Source of the DNA: Pseudonocardiaceae bacterium
GTDB taxonomy: Bacteria > Actinomycetota > Actinomycetes > Mycobacteriales > Pseudonocardiaceae
Assembly (NCBI GenBank): GCA_035948315.1
Contig: DASZJG010000010.1
Coordinates: 24,815-88,814 of the forward strand
DNA: 64,000 nt
Reading direction: 5' to 3'
The notes below the pieces were generated by a model. That model made no database searches. It was not told the DNA's origin and worked only from the letters and a program-made list of their open reading frames with translations. Positions within the stretch are counted from its first letter, which is position 1. The number at the start of each line of letters is the position of its first letter. The position numbers and the translations under genes are program-made. Below, in pieces: positions 36,491-45,407 of this stretch.

Positions 36491-37529
36491 GCGCGCGGAC
36501 CAGGTCCAGGGCTCGGCCGAGGGTGGTCAGGCGGGCGTCGAGGGTGTCGCCGGAGGGGTAGAACCGGACGGTGTCCACGCCGGCGTCCCGCCAGACGCGC
36601 AGGCGCCGGGCGACCATCGGCTCGGTGCCGATCAGCGTGGTGCCGAGCACCATCTCGTCGGTCACCAGGCCGGCGGCGCCGTCGCGGTCGCCCGCCTGCC
36701 AGCGTTCGCGGATCTCGGCGGCTACCTCGGCCCAGCCCTGCCGGCTGTACGCGCGGTTGTAGTAGTTGGTGCTGGCCGAACCCATGCCGCCGATGCTGAA
36801 CGCGAGTTCGTACTTCCGCCCGGCGACCATGGTGCGCAACTCGTCCTCGTCCCGCGCGAACGCGACCTCGGCGCCCTGGCAGATGTCCAGCTCGGCGCGG
36901 GTTCGGCCGGACGCGGCAAGGCCGGCGTCGAGGTGCGCGAAGTAGGCGTCGGCCGCGCCCTCCGGCACGAAACTGGTGCCCAGCCAGCCGTCCGCGAGTT
37001 CGCCGGTCAACCGCAGCATCGCGGGCGAGAGCGAGGCGTGGTAGATCGGGATCGGGTGGTCGGCGCGGATCGAGGTGCGCATCGGCACGGCTTCGCCGCC
37101 GGGCAGCGGAATCGTGAACTCCGCGCCCTGGTAGCTGATCTTGCCCTCGCCCGCGACGACCTGGCGGATGATCTCGGTGGTCTCCCGCATCCGAGCCTTC
37201 GGCCGCGCGAACGGCACGCCGTGCAGGCCCTCGATCACCTGCGGCCCGGACGCGCCGAGACCGAGCAGAAACCGGCCGCCGGACATGTTCGACAGCGTGA
37301 TCGCGGTCTGCGCGATGGCGACCGGCGTGCGCGTACCGAGCTGGATGATGCCGGAGCCGAGCAGCAGCCGCTCGGTGCGCGCGGCGAGATAGCCGATCGC
37401 CGACGGCGCGTCCGCGCCCCACGCCTCCGCCACCCAGCAGACGTCCATGCCGAGCTTTTCCGCGCCGACCACGAAATCAACGGTCCGCGCCCAGTCGCCG
37501 GACGCCTCGACGGTCGTCGCGGTGCGCAT
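36483..37529 (-). CDS. LLM-class F420-dependent oxidoreductase
   Basis: WVAEAWGADA, LGSGIIQLGTRTP, GRFLLGLGASGPQVIEGLHG, GELADGW. Confidence 0.9.
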   Translation of the reverse strand: MRTATTVEASGDWARTVDFVVGAEKLGMDVCWVAEAWGADAPSAIGYLAARTERLLLGSGIIQLGTRTPVAIAQTAITLSNMSGGRFLLGLGASGPQVIEGLHGVPFARPKARMRETTEIIRQVVAGEGKISYQGAEFTIPLPGGEAVPMRTSIRADHPIPIYHASLSPAMLRLTGELADGWLGTSFVPEGAADAYFAHLDAGLAASGRTRAELDICQGAEVAFARDEDELRTMVAGRKYELAFSIGGMGSASTNYYNRAYSRQGWAEVAAEIRERWQAGDRDGAAGLVTDEMVLGTTLIGTEPMVARRLRVWRDAGVDTVRFYPSGDTLDARLTTLGRALDLVRALS

Positions 37530-38038
37530 CAGGACTGCTCGACCGTGGTCTTGATCTGGCCCAGTGTGTTGGTGATGGCCTTCTCGAACTCGCGCAGCCG
37601 GACGAAGACGATCTTCTGTTCCTTGTCCGGCATCTGGTCGATGGCGAAGGACAGGCCGGAACGGCCCGGACCGAGCTGCATCCACTGGGTCAGTTCGGTG
37701 CCGCCGTCCTTGGGCCGCAGGCTGAACCGCCAGGTCGCGCTCGGGTCCGCCGCGTCACCGACGGCCCAGGCGAGCACCTCGGGTTCCGCGCATTCGATGA
37801 TGTGCGATGGCGTCGACCACTCGCCGAGCGCCTGGTGCCGGCTGTAGCCGACGAACGTGGCGCCCACGCTCGGCCCGGTCGCGCCGTCCTGCCATTCGAC
37901 CCGCTGGAGTTCCTCGCTCATGGTCGGCATCAGCTCGACATCGGCCACGATCCGCCAGACCGCGCTCGGGTCGGCGTCGATCCAGGTCTGCGCCTGCACG
38001 GTTGGCTTGTCCGCGTAGCGAGCGCCCGTCCACTCCAT
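37529..38038 (-). CDS. SRPBCC/polyketide-cyclase-like protein
   Basis: MEWTGARYADKPTV, GATFVGYSRH, PSATWRFSL. Confidence 0.8.
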   Translation of the reverse strand: MEWTGARYADKPTVQAQTWIDADPSAVWRIVADVELMPTMSEELQRVEWQDGATGPSVGATFVGYSRHQALGEWSTPSHIIECAEPEVLAWAVGDAADPSATWRFSLRPKDGGTELTQWMQLGPGRSGLSFAIDQMPDKEQKIVFVRLREFEKAITNTLGQIKTTVEQS

Positions 38039-38070
38039 GACCACGAGAGTTGCGTAGATAGACTGACTTG

Positions 38071-38571
38071 TCAAGCAAGCTTGAACCGCTTGATGACGTC
38101 CGGTCGGTCGACCAGCTTCGGCGGGAAACCGGGGCCGAGTCGAGGCTCGGTGTTGTCCGCGGTCAAGGGTTCGCCGCACTCGGCGCAGACGACCTCGGCA
38201 TGCGTGTCGTGGCCGCACGACTCGTGCCGGACCACGATCGGTGCGCCCTCCTCGCCGGCCAGCCACCGGTCGCCCCACCGCGACATGGCGGCCAGCACGC
38301 CGAAGAAATCGCGCCCCTTCTCGGTCAGCACGTAGTCGTAGCGCACCGGCTCCTGCTGGTAGGGCTGCTTGTCCAGCAACCCCTCGTCGACCAGCCTGCG
38401 CAGCCGGTCCGCCAGCGTGTTCCGCGCGATGCCCAACGACTGCTGGAACTCGTCGAACCGGCGAATGCCGTAGAAGCACTCGCGCAGCACCAGCGGCGTC
38501 CACCAGTCACCCAGCAGATCCATGGTGCGCGCGATCGAACAGGGCCACCTGGCAAACGAAGACCGCCGCAT
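38071..38571 (-). CDS. HxlR-family regulator
   Basis: CSIARTMDLLGDWWTPLVLRE, RRFDEFQQSLGIARNTL. Confidence 0.9.
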   Translation of the reverse strand: MRRSSFARWPCSIARTMDLLGDWWTPLVLRECFYGIRRFDEFQQSLGIARNTLADRLRRLVDEGLLDKQPYQQEPVRYDYVLTEKGRDFFGVLAAMSRWGDRWLAGEEGAPIVVRHESCGHDTHAEVVCAECGEPLTADNTEPRLGPGFPPKLVDRPDVIKRFKLA

Positions 38572-38612
38572 GCCCGCGAGCATACGGCGGTCTCAACATG
38601 AAACCCAGCAGC

Positions 38613-38696
38613 TCAGCCTGCGCTGACCTCCGCCAGGAAGGTGCCGATCGCCTCGGCGCCGCGCTTCGGGTTGCCGTGCACGAACACCACCGTCAT
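38613..38696 (-). pseudogene. 27-aa remnant of an alpha/beta hydrolase (internal deletion)
   Basis: GAGGAG RBS and ATGA overlap with the marR stop; MTVVFVHGNP joined directly to KRGAEAIGTFLAEVSAG*. Confidence 0.6.
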
Positions 38697-39136
38697 TGCT
38701 CACTCCTCGGCTCAAGCGTGTCGGCGAGCAGGCGCACCGCGTCCAGCACGTGGTCGACCTGCGCGCCCTCCCAGTCGGTCACCGCTTCGCAGAGCTGCTC
38801 GGCCCTGGTCTCGCGTTCCTGGGCCAGTCTGGCCTCGCCCTCGGCGGAGATCCGGATCAGCGCGGCGCGGCCGTCCGCGTCGTCGATGCGCCGCTCCACC
38901 AGCCCAGCCCGCACCAGATCCGCCACCTGGCGGCTGATCGCGGACTGGGTCAGTCCGACCTTGGCGGCCAGGTCCGCGACCCGCATCTCGCCGTGGCCGG
39001 AGAGCATCTGGAGGGTGCCCAGCACGGACAGCGAGGTCTTGGCGTTGCGCATGGCGAAACGGCCCAGCGCCCGGTGCAGCCGCATGACCTCCTCGGCGAG
39101 CGCCCGCACCGAGGGCGTCGGTTCGAATCGCCCCAC
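38693..39136 (-). CDS. MarR-family regulator
   Basis: RVADLAAKVGLTQSAISRQVADLVRAGLVERRIDDADGRA. Confidence 0.85.
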   Translation of the reverse strand: MGRFEPTPSVRALAEEVMRLHRALGRFAMRNAKTSLSVLGTLQMLSGHGEMRVADLAAKVGLTQSAISRQVADLVRAGLVERRIDDADGRAALIRISAEGEARLAQERETRAEQLCEAVTDWEGAQVDHVLDAVRLLADTLEPRSEQ

Positions 39137-39201
39137 CTGGTTGAGCCTATCCCGGAAAGAAATCGGACTCCGGTGGCAACGCGACCGAAGCGGGCGTCGT
39201 C

Positions 39202-39756
39202 TTGACAGACGTGTTCAACCGAAACGGTGCCAAGCAGCTGGACGCGGGCTTCGAACAGTTCGTCGCCCAGCGGTCGGCAGCGCTGCTGCGCACGGCGTTC
39301 CTGCTGATCAGCGACCGCAACGAGGCCGAAGACCTGCTGCAGACCGCGTTGCTGCGCACCGCGCTCAAGTGGCGCGCGGTGCACGGCGCGCCGGACGCGT
39401 ACGTCCGCAAGGTGCTGGTCAACCTGGCCAGAGACCGCTGGCGACAACGGCAACGGCACCCGGCCGAACACCTGATGGACGACCTGCCGCCGGCACTGAC
39501 GGTCCATCACGACCACGCGGACACCGTCGTCGATCAACAGTTGTTGGCCGCCGGCCTTGCCACGCTGTCCCAGCGGCAGCGCGAAGTGTTGGCACTGCGC
39601 TTCTTCGAGGACCTCTCGGTCGCGGACACCGCCGCGATCATGGGCGCGTCGGAGGGCACCGTGAAGTCCTACACCAGCAGGGCGCTGCAACAACTCCGCC
39701 AGTTCCTCGGTGGCCGCGCGACAGACGATCCCACGGAGGCACAGCATGTCCACTGA
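39202..39756 (+). CDS. ECF RNA polymerase sigma factor (SigE-like)
   Basis: AEDLLQTAL, LSQRQREVLALRFFEDLSVADTAAIMG...GTVKS. Confidence 0.9.
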   Translation: MTDVFNRNGAKQLDAGFEQFVAQRSAALLRTAFLLISDRNEAEDLLQTALLRTALKWRAVHGAPDAYVRKVLVNLARDRWRQRQRHPAEHLMDDLPPALTVHHDHADTVVDQQLLAAGLATLSQRQREVLALRFFEDLSVADTAAIMGASEGTVKSYTSRALQQLRQFLGGRATDDPTEAQHVH

Positions 39757-40618
39757 ACCCACTCCCGGCGAGGAGTCCGGCCTGGTGGCCGAGCTGCGCG
39801 CGGGCATACCCGAACTGGCCCCGCCACCGACCCTGCTGCCCGATCTGCGCCGGCGCTACGCCCGCCGAATCGCCCTGCGCCGTACCGGTTTCGCGGCGAT
39901 GCCGGTCGCTCTGGTGGTCGCGGTCGGCGTCGCCGCGGCGCTCGTCCCGCACGGGCCGGCATCCGTCGCGCCGCAGCTCCAGTCCGTACAGGACGCGGCC
40001 GACGTCGCCGCACAGGTGAGCAAGGCGATCACCGGCGCGAACCAGGACGTCCTTGAGGAGTCCTTCGCCATGACCGTCACGCCGATGGGCTCTCCGGTGC
40101 CCGCCGGTCACCACGGCACGGTCAAGATCTGGCTGTCGATGCGAACCGGCCAACTGCACAGCACCGCCTACCTCGACGGGCAGGAGATCTTCGATTCCGG
40201 CCTGTCGAACTCGGGGCAGTTCACGGTGGTGGATCCGCCGCACAACACGTACCTGACCTTCCCCAACCCGGGCCAGCATCCCGAACTGCCGCACGGCACG
40301 TTCACCGGGGACGAGATCCGCTCGGCCATGAAGAGCGGAAAGCTCGCGATCACCGCGCGGGACCAGCAGATCGACGGCCAGTCCACCATCGAACTGACCG
40401 GCACGCTGGTGCCCAAGGACGAGCAAGGCACCACGAGTCCTGACGCGGTGCCGCAACGGTTCTGGGTGAACACGACGACCTACCTGCCGGTTCGGATGGC
40501 AACGCAGGTCAGCGGCGCCTGGGGCAACGACGTCGACTACAGCTGGCTGCCGCCCACCGCCGACAACGAGGCACTGCTGACGGTCACGGTGCCCGCCGGA
40601 GCCACGCAGCGCCGGTGA
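39746..40618 (+). CDS. Putative anti-sigma or membrane partner of the ECF sigma
   Basis: Overlaps the sigma stop; short cytoplasmic N-terminus, one TM helix, beta-rich extracytoplasmic domain. Confidence 0.65.
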   Translation: MSTEPTPGEESGLVAELRAGIPELAPPPTLLPDLRRRYARRIALRRTGFAAMPVALVVAVGVAAALVPHGPASVAPQLQSVQDAADVAAQVSKAITGANQDVLEESFAMTVTPMGSPVPAGHHGTVKIWLSMRTGQLHSTAYLDGQEIFDSGLSNSGQFTVVDPPHNTYLTFPNPGQHPELPHGTFTGDEIRSAMKSGKLAITARDQQIDGQSTIELTGTLVPKDEQGTTSPDAVPQRFWVNTTTYLPVRMATQVSGAWGNDVDYSWLPPTADNEALLTVTVPAGATQRR

Positions 40619-40665
40619 ATGAGGATCGGGTCCGGCCTTCCTGGGGGAGGGCCGGACCCGACTGC

Positions 40666-41523
40666 TCAGCTCAGCTGCGCGAACTCGTCGTCGGTCAGCT
40701 CCACCTCGGCCGCCGCGATGTTGTCCTCCAGGTGGGCAACGGTCGACGTGCCGGGAATCGGCAGCATCACCGGCGAGCGGCGCAGCAGCCACGCCAGCGC
40801 GACCTGCGAGGGCGTCGCGCCCTTGGCGGCGGCGAAGGTCTGCACCGGGCTCCCCTCGGTCGCAAGCATGCCGACCGCCAGCGGGTTCCACGGGATGAAC
40901 GCGATGTCGTTGGCGGCACAGTGATCGAGCACGTCCTCGGCCTTGCGGTCGGCGAAGTTGTACTGGTTCTGGACGGACACGATGTCGGCGACCGTGCGCG
41001 CCTGCTCGATCTGCTCCACGCTGACCTCGGACAGCCCGATGTGCGCGATCTTGCCCTCGCCCTGCATGGCCTTGAGTTCGCCGACCTGATCGGCCAGCGG
41101 CACCGTCGGGTCGACCCGGTGCAGCTGCATCAACGCGATCTGCTCGACGCCGAGCTGCCGCAGGCCGATTTCCACCTGTTGACGCAGGTATTCCGGCCGG
41201 CCGAGCGGAACCCAGCTCTGCCGGCTCGGCCGGGTGAACCCGACCTTGGTCGCGATGACCAGGTCGTCCGGGTAGGGGTGCAGCGCCTTGCGGATCAGCT
41301 CGTGCGACACGAACGGGCCGTAGGCGTCCGCGGTGTCGATGAAGTCGACGCCCAGTTCGACCGCCCTGCGCAGCACCCGCACCGCCTCGTCCGGATCGGC
41401 CGGGTCGCCCCAGATGCCGGGACCGGTGATGCGCATCGCGCCGAAACCGAGCCTGGTCACCGGCAGGCTCCCACCGAGGCGGAACTGGCCGGACGCCTTG
41501 GCCGGCTGGCTGGTGGTTGTCAT
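40666..41523 (-). CDS. Aldo/keto reductase
   Basis: RLGFGAMR, FIDTADAYG, IATKVG, QLHRVDP, GLSEV, VQNQYN, PIPGTS. Confidence 0.9.
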   Translation of the reverse strand: MTTTSQPAKASGQFRLGGSLPVTRLGFGAMRITGPGIWGDPADPDEAVRVLRRAVELGVDFIDTADAYGPFVSHELIRKALHPYPDDLVIATKVGFTRPSRQSWVPLGRPEYLRQQVEIGLRQLGVEQIALMQLHRVDPTVPLADQVGELKAMQGEGKIAHIGLSEVSVEQIEQARTVADIVSVQNQYNFADRKAEDVLDHCAANDIAFIPWNPLAVGMLATEGSPVQTFAAAKGATPSQVALAWLLRRSPVMLPIPGTSTVAHLEDNIAAAEVELTDDEFAQLS

Positions 41524-41616
41524 GATCGGGTTCTCTCCTCAGGTTGTTCGTTTCTCGCGCCTACCTCGGCATGATCGGCGATCTCGCCGCGCGGGGCATC
41601 CTGCACCGTGCCCAAG

Positions 41617-41934
41617 TCACGGCGCTGACGCCGATCCCCAGCGCGACAGTGCGTCCAGCACCGGGCGCAACCGTTCGCCGCGCTCGGTGAGGTGGTACTC
41701 GAACCGTTTCGGCCGCTCGCAGTACGGCCGCCGCTCGATCACGCCCTCGGCCACGAGCTTGCGCAGCCGGTCAGCCAGGACGTCCCTCGGCGCGCCGGTG
41801 AACCGGACGATCTGGTCGAAGCGGTGCACGCCGTAGCCCAGTTCGCGGACGACCAGCAACGACCACCGCTCGCCCACCACGTCCAGCGCCGCGGCCGCCG
41901 GACAGATCCGGGTCCCGTTCGGCGCCAGCCGCAT
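41617..41934 (-). CDS. HxlR-family regulator
   Basis: CPAAAALDVVGERWSLLVVREL, RFDQI, EYHLTERG. Confidence 0.85.
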   Translation of the reverse strand: MRLAPNGTRICPAAAALDVVGERWSLLVVRELGYGVHRFDQIVRFTGAPRDVLADRLRKLVAEGVIERRPYCERPKRFEYHLTERGERLRPVLDALSRWGSASAP

Positions 41935-42103
41935 CCCGCCCGTCCGAGCAGCCACCGGGCACCACCTCCGTCACACCGACGTCTCACCAGCTGGAGCAAG
42001 TTGGATTTCCCAACCTACTATCTGCTAGCCTCGCGCAGCGAGTAGGAAAACACAACCCACTGCCACAACCCACTGTCGCGAGTCCGAACAGCGAGGTAGC
42101 GCC

Positions 42104-43546
42104 ATGCCCAACTCCGAACCGACGACCATCTCCGTCGGCAACGCCCCTGTGGCACCTCCGCCACCGGCCGCCCTCCGGTCGGGCGCGCTGCTCGTGCTCG
42201 CACTCGGCAGCCTCGGCGTGTTCGTCGTGTTCCTGGACACGACGATCGTCAACATCGCCTTCCCCACCATCAGCCGCGGCTTCCAGACCACGACCAGCGG
42301 GCTCGCGTGGGTGCTCAACGCGTACAGCCTGGTGTTCGCGGCCATGCTGATCCCGGCGGGCCGGCTCGCCGACCGGTACGGCCGCAAGCGGATGTTCCTG
42401 GCCGGACTGGTCGGCTTCGCGGTGCTGAGCGCCCTGTGCGGGATCGCGCCGAACACCGGTGTCCTGGTCGCCGGGCGGGCGTTGCAGGCCGTGTTCGCCG
42501 CGCTGGTCGTGCCGACGTCGCTCGCGCTGATCCTGCCCGAGTTCCCGCCCGCACGGCGACACGTCGCGGTCGGCACCTGGGGCACCATGGGCGCCGCGGC
42601 GGCCGCGCTCGGTCCGACCCTGGGCGCGCTGCTCACCGAGTACGCGTCATGGCGCTGGGTGTTCCTGGTCAACGTCCCGATCTGCGCGGTGCTGATCGTG
42701 CTCGGCCTGCGCGCGCTCACCGAGTCGCGCGACACCGACGCCGCCGGCCTGCCCGATCCGCTCGGCACCCTGTTGATCGCCGGCATTCCGGCGCTGCTCA
42801 GCTTCGCCATCATCGAAGGCCCCGACTGGGGCTGGGGCGACGCCCGGGTGGTCGCCGCGTTCGTGCTCGCCGGATTGCTGCTGCCCGCGTTCGTGGTGCG
42901 GTCGCTGCGCGCCGCGCGGCCGGTGATGAACCTGAAGCTGTTCTCGGACAGGCAGTTCAGCCTGGTCAGCATCGCGAACCTGCTGTTCAGCACGGCGTTC
43001 TACGGCATGCTGCTCGGCAACGTGATCTTCCTGCAGACCGTCTGGCACTACCCGGTCCTGCGCGCCGCGCTCGCGGCCCTGCCGACGCCACTCGTGGTGA
43101 CGGCCGTGTCGCGGGCGGCCGCGACACTGGCCAGCCGGATCGGCTATCGCACGGTCATGCTCGCGGGCGGTATCTGCTGGGCTGCGGGTTCGGCCGCGCT
43201 GGCGCTGGCCATCGGCTCGACGCCGCACTGGCTGACCGCGTGGCTGCCCTGGGCGATCCTGCTCGGTCTCGGCATCGGCCTGACCCTGCCCGTGCAGGCA
43301 GGCGCCGCGGTGCAGAACCTGCCACCGGGCGAGTACGGCGTCGGGTCCGCGATCAACTCGAGCTTCCGCCAACTCGGCGCGGTGCTGGGCATCAGCATCT
43401 TCGTCGCGGTGCTCGGCCGCGGCGGCCTGGCCGGCTTCCACGACACCTGGTGGGTGTTCGCCGCACTCGGCCTGGCCTCCGGTCTCGTCGTACAACTCGC
43501 CCGGGTCGGCGCGAAAAAGGCTGAGATCCCAGTCACCGCAACGTGA
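42104..43546 (+). CDS. MFS efflux transporter (DHA2, 14-TM type)
   Basis: LDTTIVNIAFP, GRLADRYGRKR, SWRWVFLVNVP. Confidence 0.9.
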   Translation: MPNSEPTTISVGNAPVAPPPPAALRSGALLVLALGSLGVFVVFLDTTIVNIAFPTISRGFQTTTSGLAWVLNAYSLVFAAMLIPAGRLADRYGRKRMFLAGLVGFAVLSALCGIAPNTGVLVAGRALQAVFAALVVPTSLALILPEFPPARRHVAVGTWGTMGAAAAALGPTLGALLTEYASWRWVFLVNVPICAVLIVLGLRALTESRDTDAAGLPDPLGTLLIAGIPALLSFAIIEGPDWGWGDARVVAAFVLAGLLLPAFVVRSLRAARPVMNLKLFSDRQFSLVSIANLLFSTAFYGMLLGNVIFLQTVWHYPVLRAALAALPTPLVVTAVSRAAATLASRIGYRTVMLAGGICWAAGSAALALAIGSTPHWLTAWLPWAILLGLGIGLTLPVQAGAAVQNLPPGEYGVGSAINSSFRQLGAVLGISIFVAVLGRGGLAGFHDTWWVFAALGLASGLVVQLARVGAKKAEIPVTAT

Positions 43547-43647
43547 ACCGTGTGTCGACTGGCGGGACGGATGGGTTGCTGGTCAACTGTTGCGGGGGCG
43601 ACGCGGAGTCGGGAACCGGGTCGCGAGGCAACAGGGAGGAACCGGGG

Positions 43648-43824
43648 ATGGCTGTCAAGCTGACGCATCGAGCAATCGGTCAGCAACTGCGCTTTGCCAA
43701 TCAGGCCACCGCTGACCATTACCTTGAGGCGATCGGTAGCGACGCGGACAACTGGGAGGTCACTCCCATCTCCGGCGAGCCGACCGGGGTCATCCCCGAC
43801 CAGCGCGACACCCCGCCCGTCTAG
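43648..43824 (+). CDS. 58-aa hypothetical protein
   Basis: GGGAGGA RBS 7 nt before ATG 43648; MAVKLTHRAIGQQLRFANQATADHYLEAIGSDADNWEV... Confidence 0.55.
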   Translation: MAVKLTHRAIGQQLRFANQATADHYLEAIGSDADNWEVTPISGEPTGVIPDQRDTPPV

Positions 43825-43859
43825 TCCACAGTAGACGCGCACGACACCGCACGGCGATT

Positions 43860-43885
43860 GTTTGCCCCGTGTTCGGCACGGGTAC
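43860..43885 (+). promoter_or_regulatory. SigB/SigF-type promoter (putative)
   Basis: GTTT-N16-GGGTAC upstream of the 43938 gene. Confidence 0.55.
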
Positions 43886-43937
43886 CCGGCCATTGGCTTC
43901 ACCTTCTCACCCTTCTTCGCGAAGTGAGGTGGCAAAC

Positions 43938-44576
43938 ATGGCCGGGGTTGCCGACTACGGCGTTCACCGGGCTCGGTTGCGCACACAGGGCCTGCCACGC
44001 AGTCGTGGTGCGGTCAACGGACTCCTGCTGATCCTGCTCGGCGCGTGGGGCGGCATCGTGCCGTTCATCGGGCCGAGGATCGGCCTCAGCTACACCGCCG
44101 ACGCGGCATGGACGTTCACCTGGGCCAAGTTCTGGCTCGAAGTCCTGCCGGGCGCGGCGGTCCTCATCGGCGGCCTTGGCCTGATGAGCACGGCGGCCCG
44201 CGCGGGTGGCGTGCTGTGGGGCTGGCTGGCCACGTTGGGCGGCGCGTGGTTCGTCGTCGGCCTGACCGTGAGTCAGTTGTGGACCGGCGGCAAGGGCGAA
44301 TTCGCTGCTCCGACCGCGAGCACCGTCGCCGGCCGGACCATCGAGGAGATCGTCTTCTTCTACGGCCTCGGCGCGGTCATCCTGTTCCTCGCCGGCGTCG
44401 CGCTCGGCCGGTTCACCGTCCGGCCTCGCCACGACGCGGCGGTGCAGCCGATGACCGTCGAGTCCTCGACACCCGAGGCGCACGAGGAGACCGAGAAGGT
44501 CGACTCCTCGGCCGACTCCTCGGCCGCCGAGCAGACCACGGTGCTGCCCAAGCACCAGACGGACCAACCGGACTAA
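43938..44576 (+). CDS. Actinobacterial multi-TM membrane protein
   Basis: RSRGAVNGLLLILLGAWGGIVPFIGP, four TM helices, acidic tail; GAGGT RBS. Confidence 0.75.
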   Translation: MAGVADYGVHRARLRTQGLPRSRGAVNGLLLILLGAWGGIVPFIGPRIGLSYTADAAWTFTWAKFWLEVLPGAAVLIGGLGLMSTAARAGGVLWGWLATLGGAWFVVGLTVSQLWTGGKGEFAAPTASTVAGRTIEEIVFFYGLGAVILFLAGVALGRFTVRPRHDAAVQPMTVESSTPEAHEETEKVDSSADSSAAEQTTVLPKHQTDQPD

Positions 44577-44592
44577 CCCGCGGGAGAGGCAG

Positions 44593-44629
44593 GGCTGGTG
44601 GTCGGATCTGTTCCGGCCACCAGCCTTTT
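44593..44629 (+). terminator. Intrinsic terminator
   Basis: GGCTGGTGGTCGGA-N5-TCCGGCCACCAGCC-TTTT. Confidence 0.75.
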
Positions 44630-44648
44630 CGCACGGCTGGTTCGACGC

Positions 44649-45260
44649 TCAGGGCACCCGCCGGTCCACGATGAGCCCGATCAGGCGCGGGAACAGGTCG
44701 TCCGGGACGCCGTCGGGGTCCATCCCGGTTTCCAGGGCGAGGCCGTTGGAGATGGCCAGCATGGCGACGGCGAGGTCGGCCGCGCTCATCGGCAGTTCGA
44801 CGCCGCGTGCCTCGGCGATGCGCTCGATGGCCCTGGCCACGGCGGCACGGCCGGCCCTGCGCCGGTCGGCGAGAGCGGCCTGGAGGGTGGGGTCGCGGCG
44901 GGCGAGGCCGCAGTACTCGAACAGCAGGTGCTGCCAGCCGAGGTCGGCATGTATGGCGTCGACGAGGCTGGCGCCGAGATCGTGCACGGCGTCGTTGACG
45001 TCGTCGGCCGCGTCGAACGCGACCAGCGCGTTGTGCAGACGTTGCAGCACATGCTCTTCCATCAACGCGAGGACCAGATCGTCCTTGCTGTCGAAGTTGG
45101 AGTAGACCGCGCCCTTGGTGAGTCCGGCCGCGTGCGCGATGTCGCTGACCGAGGAGGACGCGATGCCGCGCGCGGCGAACACCTCGGCTGCCGCGTCGAG
45201 CACCCGGCGACGGGTTTCCGAGCGCAGCGGCCGAGTTCTGGTACCTCGGGTGCCAGCCAC
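44649..45260 (-). CDS. TetR-family regulator
   Basis: TRRRVLDAAAEVFAARG...IAHAAGLTKGAVYSNFDSKDDL; real start is GTG 45260 within the track's 532-aa ORF. Confidence 0.85.
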   Translation of the reverse strand: MAGTRGTRTRPLRSETRRRVLDAAAEVFAARGIASSSVSDIAHAAGLTKGAVYSNFDSKDDLVLALMEEHVLQRLHNALVAFDAADDVNDAVHDLGASLVDAIHADLGWQHLLFEYCGLARRDPTLQAALADRRRAGRAAVARAIERIAEARGVELPMSAADLAVAMLAISNGLALETGMDPDGVPDDLFPRLIGLIVDRRVP

Positions 45261-45283
45261 GAACGCAACGGTAGCAACATTCG

Positions 45284-45387
45284 ATACCGGGCGGAATCCA
45301 AATGTTCGGCCGGGTGAAGTCCGGACGTGACCCTTGACACAGCGCCCCACAACCCGATACTGATGAGTATCCAATACCGACGGGTAT
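45284..45387. promoter_or_regulatory. Three ATAC-N6-GTAT-type operators and TTGACA in the TetR/lipase divergent region
   Basis: GATACTGATGAGTATC (45356), ATACCGACGGGTAT (45374), ATACCGGGCGGAAT (45284); TTGACA at 45334. Confidence 0.6.
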
Positions 45388-45407
45388 CGAGAAACAAAGG
45401 AGTTCTC

